The notes beneath the pieces were generated by a model. That model did no database searches and was not told where the DNA came from. It worked only from the letters and a program-made list of their open reading frames with translations. A stretch of 64,000 bases of DNA from a virus: IMG/VR virus record IMGVR_UViG_3300042896_000657, positions 32,001 to 96,000 of that record; one strand, given 5' to 3'. This document shows, in pieces, positions 1 through 9,945 of this stretch. The position numbers were made by a program, and so were the translations under genes. The stretch's first letter is position 1. Each line of letters starts with the position of its first letter.

Positions 1-822
1 GCTAGAGGTATTGATTTAAAAAATAAAGAACAATGTATTAAAGCTACATTAGAAATAGCTACTGAAATACAAAAAGTATCAAATAAATTTATTGGGGAAT
101 TTGCTTTGAAAGCATTTAATATTCCTAATGATAGAAATCATTTTTTTGAATTAAAACAAGAAGTAGTAATTGAGAGGGGATATTTTTCAGGAAAACGTCG
201 TTATGCAATGTATATTGTAAATAAAGAAGGTGTTGATACTGAAGAATTAGTAATGATGGGACTAGATTTAATGAAATCTAATATGCCTGTAACTTACAAG
301 AAATTTGGTGAATCAATTATTCAAGAAATTATGTTTGGTAAAACTAGAGATGATATTAATAAACGTATTGTTGAATTTAAAAAATATCTTAAAACCCAAT
401 CTTGGGAAGTAGTAGCAAAACCAACAGGAGTAAAACAAATACGTAAATATATTAAACGTTCTCCTCGTAACGGAGAAATATTTAGTGAATTAGAATTAAA
501 ATGCCCTATTAATACTAAAGCTGCTATATACACTAATGATCTACTTAGATTTAAAAAACTTGATAAACAATATTCATGTTTTGTAGAAGGAGATAAAATG
601 AAATATGTTACATTAAAGAAAAACCCATACAATATTAGTGTAATTGGATTTAAAGGAAATAGTGAGGATCCTCCATTCATTACTTCATTAATTGAAGAAT
701 TTGTAGATAAAGATGAAATATTTAATTCAGTATTATTAAATAAATTAGAAACAATTTATCAAGATTTAGGTTGGGAATTTATATCTTTAAATGAAAATGT
801 AGCTAAATTCTTTTCATTTTGA
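1..822 (+). CDS. Family B DNA polymerase, C-terminal part (5' truncated by the window)
   Basis: Frame is open from base 1; PolB C-terminal motifs GKRRYA and MGLDLMKSN; next to clamp and clamp loader genes. Confidence 0.85.
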   Translation, partial: ARGIDLKNKEQCIKATLEIATEIQKVSNKFIGEFALKAFNIPNDRNHFFELKQEVVIERGYFSGKRRYAMYIVNKEGVDTEELVMMGLDLMKSNMPVTYKKFGESIIQEIMFGKTRDDINKRIVEFKKYLKTQSWEVVAKPTGVKQIRKYIKRSPRNGEIFSELELKCPINTKAAIYTNDLLRFKKLDKQYSCFVEGDKMKYVTLKKNPYNISVIGFKGNSEDPPFITSLIEEFVDKDEIFNSVLLNKLETIYQDLGWEFISLNENVAKFFSF

Positions 823-873
823 AAATCACAATAAAATTAATATATTAAATACAAATTATTAAAATTAAAAGTT

Positions 874-1284
874 ATGAGATTAATTAGAAACGTAAAATTT
901 AAAATCAGAAAATGGTGGAAAACTATAAATGATAGCCCAAACTCCATTAAAATTACTAAAGCACATAATACTTCATTTGCAATCTTTAGAGTTGCTCTTA
1001 AAAACCCCAAATCAGAATTAATTCTTATGCCTATTGCTAATAAAAGGATTATAAAATTGGAAAAACAAGGTCTTTATATTAAATTGGAGAGATTTAGTAT
1101 TTCTATTACTAACCACAAATATAATTATATGATTGAAATTCCATATACTTTATATGAAAAATTAGTTAAGATGTTTGATAGTAAAATAGATAACAATTAT
1201 TACCAAGAAGAAGCCCAAATGATAAATCAGCTTGAAGCTGGAATTGATAATGTATTAAAAACAATAATGAAAAATAATGGATAA
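874..1284 (+). CDS. hypothetical protein
   Basis: 136-aa ORF; promoter-like motif at ~825-850. Confidence 0.7.
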   Translation: MRLIRNVKFKIRKWWKTINDSPNSIKITKAHNTSFAIFRVALKNPKSELILMPIANKRIIKLEKQGLYIKLERFSISITNHKYNYMIEIPYTLYEKLVKMFDSKIDNNYYQEEAQMINQLEAGIDNVLKTIMKNNG

Positions 1285-1999
1285 ATTACACTTAGTATCA
1301 ACACTAGAAAAATATTACCTTAACGGTATAGTTGAAAAAATAAAGTTACAAGTTAAGGATAAAAATATAACAATTAAATTTGTTGCCCCTAATAAAGATT
1401 TAGTAGGATATGTTAATGCTTCTGAATTTGATTTAGAAGATATTGAGGTTGGGATATATGATACTTCCCAGTTATTAAAATTAATTAATATTACTAATCA
1501 TTTTCTAACATTAGATACTGTTAAACAACATAATATTCCTACTAAATTATTGATTGCTGATAATGAATATAATTTAGAATATGTTTTAGCAGATACTACA
1601 ATGATTCCAAATGCTCCTACAGTAACTGAACCTGAATACGCTATTGAATCTAATATTGATTTAGAATTTATCAATAAATTTATTAAAGCTAAAAAAGCAA
1701 TCGATAATGAAATAGTTTCAGTAGATGCAAATTATGATGAAAATAATACTAAAGTAGTACGATTTACATTGGGTGGAAATGAAGGATATAATAATAAAAT
1801 ACAATTCAATATTCCAGCAACGTATGAAGGAATCCATCCTCAACAATTACAATTTAATGTAAATTATATACGTGAAATATTAGATAATAATAAAGATCTA
1901 ACTTTGGGTAAATTACGTATTAGTGGTGAAGGATTAATGCGATTAGATTTTACATCAGAGAAAGGAACTTCATTTTATCTTTTAGTTGCTAAAGAGTAA
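1277..1999 (+). CDS. DNA polymerase sliding clamp (gp45/PCNA-like)
   Basis: 240 aa; GIYDTSQLL resembles the gp45 IYDL motif; PCNA-like C-terminus (GLMRLDF..SFYLLVAKE); replication context. Confidence 0.75.
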   Translation: MDKLHLVSTLEKYYLNGIVEKIKLQVKDKNITIKFVAPNKDLVGYVNASEFDLEDIEVGIYDTSQLLKLINITNHFLTLDTVKQHNIPTKLLIADNEYNLEYVLADTTMIPNAPTVTEPEYAIESNIDLEFINKFIKAKKAIDNEIVSVDANYDENNTKVVRFTLGGNEGYNNKIQFNIPATYEGIHPQQLQFNVNYIREILDNNKDLTLGKLRISGEGLMRLDFTSEKGTSFYLLVAKE

Positions 2000-2101
2000 A
2001 AGCGATATATTTATATACGATAATAAAGAGATACATGATAGGTCTCCATTATTAACAATTATTTATTAACCGCTACCTTAGGGAGCACAAACGACAAAAA
2101 A

Positions 2102-2746
2102 ATGAAAAACAAACAAACTACAGACGTGTTCGTAGTATTTGAAGATTTATCTGGTACAGTAACAACTGGGTACACAACTGGATTATCACTTACAAGCGGA
2201 ACATCCAATTCAGGTACGATCACTACAACAAATGGTACAACAGGTTATGTAACAGATACCTTTTTAGGACATACTACTACAGGTACTACAACTCTTTGGC
2301 AACAGCCTTATTATCCACCCCAAACCTATAATGAATATTGGAACTTTGATGAAGGTATGGATTTATTATGGAAGTCTTTCTTTGATAAAAATGCTCATTA
2401 CAGACCAATTTCAGAAAAAGCAGTTCAACATCCCGTTGATATTCAAGAAACCGATAACGGTTTAAAAATTGAAATTGCTGCTGTTGGACTAGAAAAATCA
2501 GATATAGATATTATTGTAGATTCAGAAACTCTTAGAGTTGCTTATCGTAAAGATAAGGAAGAAAAAGATAATGAAGATTACAGATATTTACATCGTTCAA
2601 TTAAAAAAGCAGGTTTTGATATTGCTTGGAAGGTATCTTCTAAGTATGAATTATCTAAATTAGAAGCTGGTTTAGATAAAGGTTTATTAACATTGAATAT
2701 TCCATTCGCTAAAGAAAATAAACCAAAGAAAATCGAAATAAAATAA
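2102..2746 (+). CDS. Small heat-shock protein (Hsp20/alpha-crystallin) with Thr/Gly-rich N-terminal extension
   Basis: PVDIQETD..IEIAAVGLEKSDIDI..AGLDKGLLTLNIP..KKIEI. Confidence 0.9.
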   Translation: MKNKQTTDVFVVFEDLSGTVTTGYTTGLSLTSGTSNSGTITTTNGTTGYVTDTFLGHTTTGTTTLWQQPYYPPQTYNEYWNFDEGMDLLWKSFFDKNAHYRPISEKAVQHPVDIQETDNGLKIEIAAVGLEKSDIDIIVDSETLRVAYRKDKEEKDNEDYRYLHRSIKKAGFDIAWKVSSKYELSKLEAGLDKGLLTLNIPFAKENKPKKIEIK

Positions 2747-2815
2747 TTTCGATATAGTTTTGAAACCCGGAGACCTATCATTATATTCAAGTAAACAAAT
2801 TTAAACATATAAAAT

Positions 2816-3109
2816 ATGAAAGTTATACCTTTGCACAGCAATGTGCTTATTAAACAACAAGACGAAACAGAAACAATGTATGGAAACATTATTGTACCAG
2901 ATGCTGGAAAAGAGAAAGTTATGATAGGAGAAATCATAGCAATAGGGCCAGGAGCATATAGTGTCACTGGTGAAGTATTTTTAGAAACTAAATTAAAAGT
3001 AGGTCAAGTAGTAACATTTCCTTCATTTGGTGGACAACGCATTACAATAGAAGGTGAAGATTATTTAATATACAAAGAACAAGACATATACGCAATTTTA
3101 GAAAAATAA
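2816..3109 (+). CDS. groES: Co-chaperonin GroES
   Basis: PLHSNVLI, GNIIVPD, GEIIAIGPG, EQDIYAIL; immediately upstream of groEL. Confidence 0.95.
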   Translation: MKVIPLHSNVLIKQQDETETMYGNIIVPDAGKEKVMIGEIIAIGPGAYSVTGEVFLETKLKVGQVVTFPSFGGQRITIEGEDYLIYKEQDIYAILEK

Positions 3110-3112
3110 GAA

Positions 3113-4738
3113 ATGAGTAAAATTATTAGTTTCGATAGAGAAGCAAAAGAAAAATTACAAGCTGGTATTGATAAAGTAAATAAAGCAGTATCAGTAACAA
3201 TGGGTCCTTATGGACGTAATGTATTAATTGAAAAAGAACATGGTCAAGTAACATCAACAAAAGATGGTGTAACGGTTGCTAAATCTATTACATTAGAAGA
3301 TTCTATTGAAAATATGGCAGCAACAGTAATTAAACAAGCAGCATCTAAAACAGTTGATGCAGCGGGAGATGGTACTACAACTTCAACAGTATTAGCTCAC
3401 GCTATTGCTTCTGGAGCATTAAGTACTACATCTTACCCATCAACAAATGCTACTCAGGTAAAACGTGGTATAGAGGATGCTGTAAAAGAAGTGGTTGCTG
3501 AATTAAAAAAGATGTCTATTGACATTACTGATGAAAAGCAAATTAAACAAATTGCTACATTATCAGCAAATGGAGATGAAGAAATTGGAAATCTAGTTAC
3601 CGAAGCATTAGATAGAGTTGGACGTGATGGTGTAGTTACAGTAGAGGAATCTCGTACTGGAGAAACTTCATTAGAAGTAGTTGAAGGTTTACAATTTGAT
3701 AGGGGATATAAATCTCCATATTTTGTAACTGACAATAGCACGATGCAAGCCGTATTAAATGACGCTTTAATATTGTTATTCAACGGTAGAATCAGTGCTG
3801 TTAAGGACTTATTGCCTCTATTAGAATCCGTTTCTCAACAAAATAAATCACTATTGATTGTTGCTGAGGAATTAGATGGAGAAGCATTAGCTACTCTAAT
3901 TGTAAATAAAATGCGTGGATCACTTAAAGTAGCTGCTGTAAAAGCACCTGACTTTGGAGAACGCAGATTGCATATTCTAGAGGATATGGCAACTTTAACT
4001 GGAGGTCAAGTTGTATCAACTGATAAAGGTATGAAGTTGGATAAATTCAATACAGATTGGTTTGGTAATGCACGTGTTGTAACTGTAGGTAAAGAAACTA
4101 CTACAATTGTTGATGGTAAAGGAGATGCAGATATAATTGAGACACGTATTCTAGATTTAAAACAACAATTAGATAATTCAAAATCACCATATGAAGTTGA
4201 AAAACTACAAGAACGTTTAGCTAAAATGGTAGGTGGAGTTGCAATTATTAATGTTGGTGGTGGTACTGAAATTGAAATGAAAGAGAAAAAAGACCGTTTA
4301 GACGATGCTTTGCAAGCTACAAAAGCTGCTCTTGAAGAAGGTATTCTACCAGGTGCTGGTGTTGCATTATTACATGCTAGAAAATCTATTAATTTAAAAG
4401 GTGAAAATGATAAAGTAAAAGGTGCACAAATTGTATTCCAAGCTTGTGCTACTCCATTTAAACAAATTTTAAATAATGCTGGAGAAGATCCTCAAGAATG
4501 GTGGGATAAAATTTACAATAATCATTTCTCTAGTATGGTACCAGAATTATCAACTGGAGAAGTAACAGATGCTTTCAAATCAGGTATTATTGATCCTACT
4601 AAAGTGGTACGTTGCGCTTTAGAAAATGCAGCAGCGGCCGCAGTAACACTATTAATGACTGAATGTGTAATATATGATAAACCTGAGGATAAAAAATCCA
4701 ATGGTGATGGAGTAGATATGTCACAATTTGGAATGTAA
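3113..4738 (+). CDS. groEL: Chaperonin GroEL
   Basis: TMGPYGRNV, TKDGVTVAK, AGDGTTT, GLQFDRGY, KAPDFGERR, GIIDPTKV. Confidence 0.98.
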   Translation: MSKIISFDREAKEKLQAGIDKVNKAVSVTMGPYGRNVLIEKEHGQVTSTKDGVTVAKSITLEDSIENMAATVIKQAASKTVDAAGDGTTTSTVLAHAIASGALSTTSYPSTNATQVKRGIEDAVKEVVAELKKMSIDITDEKQIKQIATLSANGDEEIGNLVTEALDRVGRDGVVTVEESRTGETSLEVVEGLQFDRGYKSPYFVTDNSTMQAVLNDALILLFNGRISAVKDLLPLLESVSQQNKSLLIVAEELDGEALATLIVNKMRGSLKVAAVKAPDFGERRLHILEDMATLTGGQVVSTDKGMKLDKFNTDWFGNARVVTVGKETTTIVDGKGDADIIETRILDLKQQLDNSKSPYEVEKLQERLAKMVGGVAIINVGGGTEIEMKEKKDRLDDALQATKAALEEGILPGAGVALLHARKSINLKGENDKVKGAQIVFQACATPFKQILNNAGEDPQEWWDKIYNNHFSSMVPELSTGEVTDAFKSGIIDPTKVVRCALENAAAAAVTLLMTECVIYDKPEDKKSNGDGVDMSQFGM

Positions 4739-4745
4739 AATAATG

Positions 4746-4770
4746 AGGGACGAAAGTCCCTTATTTTAAT
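4746..4770 (+). terminator. Hairpin after groEL, likely intrinsic terminator
   Basis: AGGGAC-GAAA-GTCCCT followed by a T-rich tract. Confidence 0.6.
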
Positions 4771-4779
4771 TTAAAATAT

Positions 4780-5028
4780 ATGCCTTTAACCCCCCAATCA
4801 ATTAGAAAAACAGTTTCTATTTACGTAAATGGAGAATTAGTAGAAAAACAAACAGTACTTGATTTAAGTAATGATTGGAGTGAATCTCAAATCAATTTCT
4901 TTAAAAAGATGATTAAACAAGGGGGTTCATTTAAAATTAATGGAAATTCATTTGAAATTAAACCTGCAGAACCTTTATTAACATCAAAGGGAGAAAAGGA
5001 CCAAGGCATTATTGTTTATCCAGAATAA
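4780..5028 (+). CDS. hypothetical protein
   Basis: 82-aa ORF. Confidence 0.65.
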   Translation: MPLTPQSIRKTVSIYVNGELVEKQTVLDLSNDWSESQINFFKKMIKQGGSFKINGNSFEIKPAEPLLTSKGEKDQGIIVYPE

Positions 5029-5046
5029 ATTTATTATATTATAGTT

Positions 5047-5970
5047 ATGAAGAAACAACACACATTATGGATTGAACGTTACCGTAGTGAAAATCTAGAC
5101 CAATACATAGGCAATGAAGTAATTAAATCTCGTATTGAAGATTGTATAACTCAAAACGATATCCCTCACTTTATATTCAGCGGTACGGCAGGAACAGGAA
5201 AAACTACATTAGCTAAATTAATTGTAAATAACATTAAATGTGATTACATTTATTTAAATGCTAGTGATGAGAACGGTATTGATATGATTAGAGAGAAAGT
5301 AAAGGGATTTGCCTCTGCTGCATCATTTCAACCAATTAAAGTAGTAATACTAGATGAAGCGGATTTTCTAACACAACCTGCTCAAGCAGCATTACGTAAT
5401 ATAATTGAAGAATATTCAGCATCAACACGATTCGTATTGACTTGTAACTATATTGAACGCTTAATTGAACCATTAACATCTCGTTGCGAAATCCATATAT
5501 TAAAACCACCTTCAATGGGAGAGGTTGCAAAACATGTTTGTACTAATATTTTAGATGTAGAAAAAATAGAATATGATATTAAAGAAGTAGCAGCTTTAAT
5601 TAAAGATTCATATCCTGATATTCGTTCAATCATTAAAAATCTACAAGCAGGAACTAAAGATAATCAATTTAAATTTAATGTATCAAGTACTGATTGGTTA
5701 AATAAATTAGTTACTATGTTGGCAAGTAGAGATAAAAAAGCATGGTATGATATTCGTCAATTAGTAGCTGATGCTCAAGTTGATGATTTCCAAACAGCAT
5801 ATCGCTTTCTATTTGATAATTTAGATAAATATTCATATGGACATGATGCTGAAATATCAGTAGTATTAGATGATTTTATTTGGAGAGCAGGTGTAGTACC
5901 TGATAAAGAAATTAATTTTGCTGCTGCAATAAGTAAGATATTAGAATTAAATAAAAAACAAGTATTATAA
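5047..5970 (+). CDS. Clamp loader AAA+ subunit (gp44/RFC-small-like)
   Basis: LWIERYR, Walker A GTAGTGKTT, LNASDENGID, Walker B ILDEAD, SRC motif. Confidence 0.95.
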   Translation: MKKQHTLWIERYRSENLDQYIGNEVIKSRIEDCITQNDIPHFIFSGTAGTGKTTLAKLIVNNIKCDYIYLNASDENGIDMIREKVKGFASAASFQPIKVVILDEADFLTQPAQAALRNIIEEYSASTRFVLTCNYIERLIEPLTSRCEIHILKPPSMGEVAKHVCTNILDVEKIEYDIKEVAALIKDSYPDIRSIIKNLQAGTKDNQFKFNVSSTDWLNKLVTMLASRDKKAWYDIRQLVADAQVDDFQTAYRFLFDNLDKYSYGHDAEISVVLDDFIWRAGVVPDKEINFAAAISKILELNKKQVL

Positions 5971-5971
5971 A

Positions 5972-6187
5972 ATGGAACAACAACTAAACATCAGTCTAGA
6001 TAAAACCACCGCAGCATCGTGTGATGAATGTCAAAACGAAGTATTCCAAGAAGGAGTATTATTACGTAAAGCATCAAGGTTCTTAACAGGTACTTCCCAA
6101 GATGCTGTTATCCCCATTCCAGTATTTATGTGTTCTAAATGCGGACATGTAAATGAAGAATTCTTACCTAAAAATTTACCTAAATAA
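5972..6187 (+). CDS. Small zinc-ribbon protein
   Basis: CDEC and CSKC pairs. Confidence 0.7.
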   Translation: MEQQLNISLDKTTAASCDECQNEVFQEGVLLRKASRFLTGTSQDAVIPIPVFMCSKCGHVNEEFLPKNLPK

Positions 6188-6189
6188 TC

Positions 6190-6477
6190 ATGGTAACGAC
6201 AATTATAATTCTTTTAACATTATGTGTTGGACTTGTTTTTATATTTATGGCTTCTCTTGAAAATGTTTCTAGAGATATTAAAAAACTTGAAAAACAACAT
6301 AAAAATGAAATGGAAGTTGTCAATCATAGATTTAATCTTGTTTACGATCATGAAGGAGAATATAAAACAAAATTTTTTAAATTAGAAGAAAAAAATACAT
6401 TATTAGAAAAACGTATTTCTAAATTAGAAAAAGAAATATTACAATTAAAAAGTGGTGATAATTCCAAATTTTATTAA
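6190..6477 (+). CDS. Membrane-anchored coiled-coil protein
   Basis: N-terminal hydrophobic helix followed by heptad-rich tail. Confidence 0.6.
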   Translation: MVTTIIILLTLCVGLVFIFMASLENVSRDIKKLEKQHKNEMEVVNHRFNLVYDHEGEYKTKFFKLEEKNTLLEKRISKLEKEILQLKSGDNSKFY

Positions 6478-6489
6478 TATATTCATACT

Positions 6490-6864
6490 ATGAATATTTT
6501 CGATCACTTAAAAAATATCACAATAACTAAAGGTCCTTATTTAGGGGAGGAAGGTTGGAATAATTGGATGATTAACCGCTTCCTCTCAATGAATCAAGAC
6601 TATATCGAAGTTGTAAATATAGTACAGAAGAATACTTGGCAAATGAAAGGAGAATATCTATATAATCTATATAGAGATATAATACCAAAACAATATGTGT
6701 ATTTAAAATATATTAAATCAAATACAAAACAAGACTATAGTATAGAGGAAATAGAAGCGGTACAGCAATATTTTGAAGTATCTAAAAAAGAGGCTAAAGA
6801 ATATATTGATATGTTACCTAAAGAAGAATTAGAAATAATAACTCAACAAATAAATGGAAAATAA
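6490..6864 (+). CDS. Clamp loader small subunit (gp62-like)
   Basis: WMINRFLSM, YLKYIK and QQYFEVSKKEAKEYI resemble gp62 family patterns; near gp44-like gene. Confidence 0.7.
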   Translation: MNIFDHLKNITITKGPYLGEEGWNNWMINRFLSMNQDYIEVVNIVQKNTWQMKGEYLYNLYRDIIPKQYVYLKYIKSNTKQDYSIEEIEAVQQYFEVSKKEAKEYIDMLPKEELEIITQQINGK

Positions 6865-6870
6865 GTTTAT

Positions 6871-7287
6871 ATGGGATATATTAATAATTCTGGATATTAT
6901 AAACAATTTACATTAGAAATAGAAAAACAAATGGAAAATAAACAATCTCATGATTTTATTAAGGATTTCGAAAATGAATATCCTGAATTATCAAAACAAT
7001 TTAAATTAATACAAAAAGAACAATATGAACTATTTGCTAAAAAGATGTTATCATATGGTTTAGGTAATATTGCTATGGGATCTAACTTAGATACTAAAGA
7101 AGATGTTAATTTATCTTTAACAGGTATTTGGATTAGGTCAATGGATAAAATGCAACGTTTAAAACAATTAGTATTATTAAATAAAACTAATTCATTAGAT
7201 AATGAACCCGTAGAAGATGCTTATATAGACCTATCTAATTATTCAATTATTGCTCTGCTTGTTAAAGCAGGAATGTGGAAAAAATAA
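6871..7287 (+). CDS. Nucleotide-modification-associated domain protein (Nmad1/DUF1599-like)
   Basis: KKMLSYG, RSMDKMQRL, EPVEDAYIDLSNYSII. Confidence 0.65.
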   Translation: MGYINNSGYYKQFTLEIEKQMENKQSHDFIKDFENEYPELSKQFKLIQKEQYELFAKKMLSYGLGNIAMGSNLDTKEDVNLSLTGIWIRSMDKMQRLKQLVLLNKTNSLDNEPVEDAYIDLSNYSIIALLVKAGMWKK

Positions 7288-8229
7288 ATGAATAAAAATA
7301 AATTGAGTGAAATAGAATTAAAAGTTCTTCACCATCGCCTTCCTGAATTAAATTATGCTTATCAAAAAGCAATATCATATTCTCAATACTCAATATATGC
7401 TACTTGCCCACATCAGTGGTATAATAGTTATGTACTTAATTTAAACCCTTATTCTAACAGTATTCATACTTTATTTGGAACTGCTATGCATGAGACTCTT
7501 CAGAATTATCTGACAGTAATGTATGAAAATTCTGGTGTGTTTGCAGATCATACTATTAAATTAGATGAATATTTTCAAAATCGGTTTGTTGAGTTGTATC
7601 AAGATCATTATGATAAAACTAAAGAACATATCTCAAATGCAGTAGAAATGAGAGAATTTTATAATGATGGTAAAGCAATTTTAGAATGGTTTAAAAAGAA
7701 ACGTAGTAAATATTTTTCAAATAGAGGATGTAAATTAGTAGGTATTGAAATACCACTGTTAGTCAACGTTTCAAACAATATTTTCCTGAAGGGGTTTATA
7801 GACGTTGTAATATATGATACTGATTTAGATAAACTTTATATATACGATATAAAAACATCTACTCGTGGATGGTCTGATAAAGAAAAGAAGAGTGAATTAA
7901 AAGTAGCTCAAATATTACTTTATAAAGAATTTTTTGCTAAACAATATAATTTTGATGTTGAAAAAATTGAAGTAGAATTTTTTATTGTTAAACGTAAAAT
8001 ATATGATACTGATGATTTCATAATCCCTAGAATACAACAATTTAAACCAGCAAGTGGTAAAGGTAAACGTAGAAAAGTTGTTGATAATCTTGAAAATTTT
8101 ATTAAAGACTGTTTTGATTCGCTTGGAAAACCAATAGAAAAGCAATATATTAAAAATATAGGAGAAAAATCATGTAAATGGTGTCCATATGCTAATACTA
8201 TTCATTGTGATCAAATTGCATCTTCTTAA
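7288..8229 (+). CDS. PD-(D/E)XK nuclease, RecB/AddB/Cas4-like, with probable Fe-S cysteines
   Basis: SYSQ..CP, FGTAMHE, GFID, IYDIKT, Q..LY, C-terminal CKWCP..C. Confidence 0.85.
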   Translation: MNKNKLSEIELKVLHHRLPELNYAYQKAISYSQYSIYATCPHQWYNSYVLNLNPYSNSIHTLFGTAMHETLQNYLTVMYENSGVFADHTIKLDEYFQNRFVELYQDHYDKTKEHISNAVEMREFYNDGKAILEWFKKKRSKYFSNRGCKLVGIEIPLLVNVSNNIFLKGFIDVVIYDTDLDKLYIYDIKTSTRGWSDKEKKSELKVAQILLYKEFFAKQYNFDVEKIEVEFFIVKRKIYDTDDFIIPRIQQFKPASGKGKRRKVVDNLENFIKDCFDSLGKPIEKQYIKNIGEKSCKWCPYANTIHCDQIASS

Positions 8230-8275
8230 GTTTGTATATATTTATATATAGTAATTAAATTAAAATATATAAATT

Positions 8276-8467
8276 ATGACAAAGCAACAATTAACAAGTG
8301 TAAAAGTACCTGAAGATTTATTTGAAGAATTCAAAATATCATGTATAAAGTATAAATTTAGTATTCAAAAATTAACAGAAAGATGTATGTACTTATATCT
8401 AACAGATGAAAAATTCAGAATAAATATTCATAATCAACTAGATACACAATTACCAGAAAATAAATAA
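8276..8467 (+). CDS. Small ribbon-helix-helix-like DNA-binding protein
   Basis: LTSVKVPEDLFEEFK beta-alpha-alpha pattern. Confidence 0.55.
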   Translation: MTKQQLTSVKVPEDLFEEFKISCIKYKFSIQKLTERCMYLYLTDEKFRINIHNQLDTQLPENK

Positions 8468-8482
8468 AAATTAAATAACGTT

Positions 8483-9943
8483 ATGAATAAAGAAGGTTAT
8501 ATTCCTAGAGAACAACGTAAAAAAATCCTATTAATGTGTGATGATATTAGAATGACATCTGGTATATCCACTATGGCTCGTGAAATAGTAATAGGTACTG
8601 CTCATCGATTTAATTGGGTAAATATGGGGGGTGCTATTCAGCATCCTGATCAAGGTAAACGTTTTGATTTAAACGATGATACTAATAAACAAACAGGCCT
8701 TACAGACACTAGTGTTTATTTGTATCCTCTTAATGGATATGGAGATCCTACTATCTTAAAACAAATAATGGATATAGAAAAACCAGATGCTATTTTGATA
8801 TTTACAGATCCAAGATATTGGATATGGTTATTTCAAATGGAGCATGAAATTAGAAAAACAATTCCATTAATTTATCTTAATATTTGGGATGATCTTCCTT
8901 ATCCAATGTATAATAAACCATATTATGAATCATGTGATGGATTATTAGCTATATCAAAACAAACAGAAAATATTAATCGTGTTGTATTAGGTGATAAAGC
9001 AAAAGATAAAACAATTAAATATGTTCCTCATGGAATTAATGAAGATCAATTTTATCCCATCACATCAGATCAACCAGAGTATCTAGCATTACAAGAATTC
9101 AAAAAATCATTATATAGTGGTAAAGAATATGATTTTTCTCTATTATATAATGCTCGTAACATTAGACGCAAATGTGTTCCTGATTTAATGTTAGCATGGA
9201 AAATATTTGTTGATCAATTACCACAGGATAAAGCAGAAAAATGTGCATTAGTATTACATACTCAAATAGTTGATGAAAATGGTACAGATTTAAATGCTGT
9301 TAAAGATATGTTATTTGGATATAATGAAAAATATAACATTATATTTGATCAAAATAGATATCCAACACAACTAATGAATTTACTTTATAATGCTACAGAT
9401 GGTTGTGCTTTAATTAGTTCAAACGAAGGTTGGGGATTATCATTAACTGAAGCAATGATGTGTGGTAAACCAATTATTGCTACTGTAACTGGTGGAATGC
9501 AAGATCAAATGGCATTTAGAGATGAAAATGATAAAATAATTAAATTCACTGAAGAATTCGGATCAAATCATAAAGGTAAATATAAAGAGCATGGACCATG
9601 GGCACTACCAGTATTTCCAAGTAATATAAGTATTGTAGGTTCAGTCCCTACACCTTATATATTTGATGATAGAGCATCTTCTGAAGATATTGCTACTCAA
9701 ATAAATGAACTTTATAAAATGAAAACCTTAAGTCCTAGAGTATACAAGATAATGTGTAATGAAGCTCGTAAATGGGTTACATCAGATGAATCAATGCAAT
9801 CTTCTAGATGGATGTCTAAAAATATTATAGATGGTATTGAAGAAACATTAGATAAATTTAAACCAAGACATTCATTTGAATTGATTAAAGTAGAAACACC
9901 TAATCAACCATTACATTACGTTAAAACAGTTATATCAAAATAA
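8483..9943 (+). CDS. Glycosyltransferase, GT-B/GT4-like
   Basis: YVPHGI, ARNIRRK, NEGWGLSLTEAMMCGKPII. Confidence 0.9.
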   Translation: MNKEGYIPREQRKKILLMCDDIRMTSGISTMAREIVIGTAHRFNWVNMGGAIQHPDQGKRFDLNDDTNKQTGLTDTSVYLYPLNGYGDPTILKQIMDIEKPDAILIFTDPRYWIWLFQMEHEIRKTIPLIYLNIWDDLPYPMYNKPYYESCDGLLAISKQTENINRVVLGDKAKDKTIKYVPHGINEDQFYPITSDQPEYLALQEFKKSLYSGKEYDFSLLYNARNIRRKCVPDLMLAWKIFVDQLPQDKAEKCALVLHTQIVDENGTDLNAVKDMLFGYNEKYNIIFDQNRYPTQLMNLLYNATDGCALISSNEGWGLSLTEAMMCGKPIIATVTGGMQDQMAFRDENDKIIKFTEEFGSNHKGKYKEHGPWALPVFPSNISIVGSVPTPYIFDDRASSEDIATQINELYKMKTLSPRVYKIMCNEARKWVTSDESMQSSRWMSKNIIDGIEETLDKFKPRHSFELIKVETPNQPLHYVKTVISK

Positions 9944-9945
9944 AT

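Noticed and set aside
7288-8229. Cas4 as evidence of a CRISPR-Cas locus
   Set aside because: Solo Cas4/RecB-like nucleases are common in phage replication modules; there is no cas1/cas2 or array.
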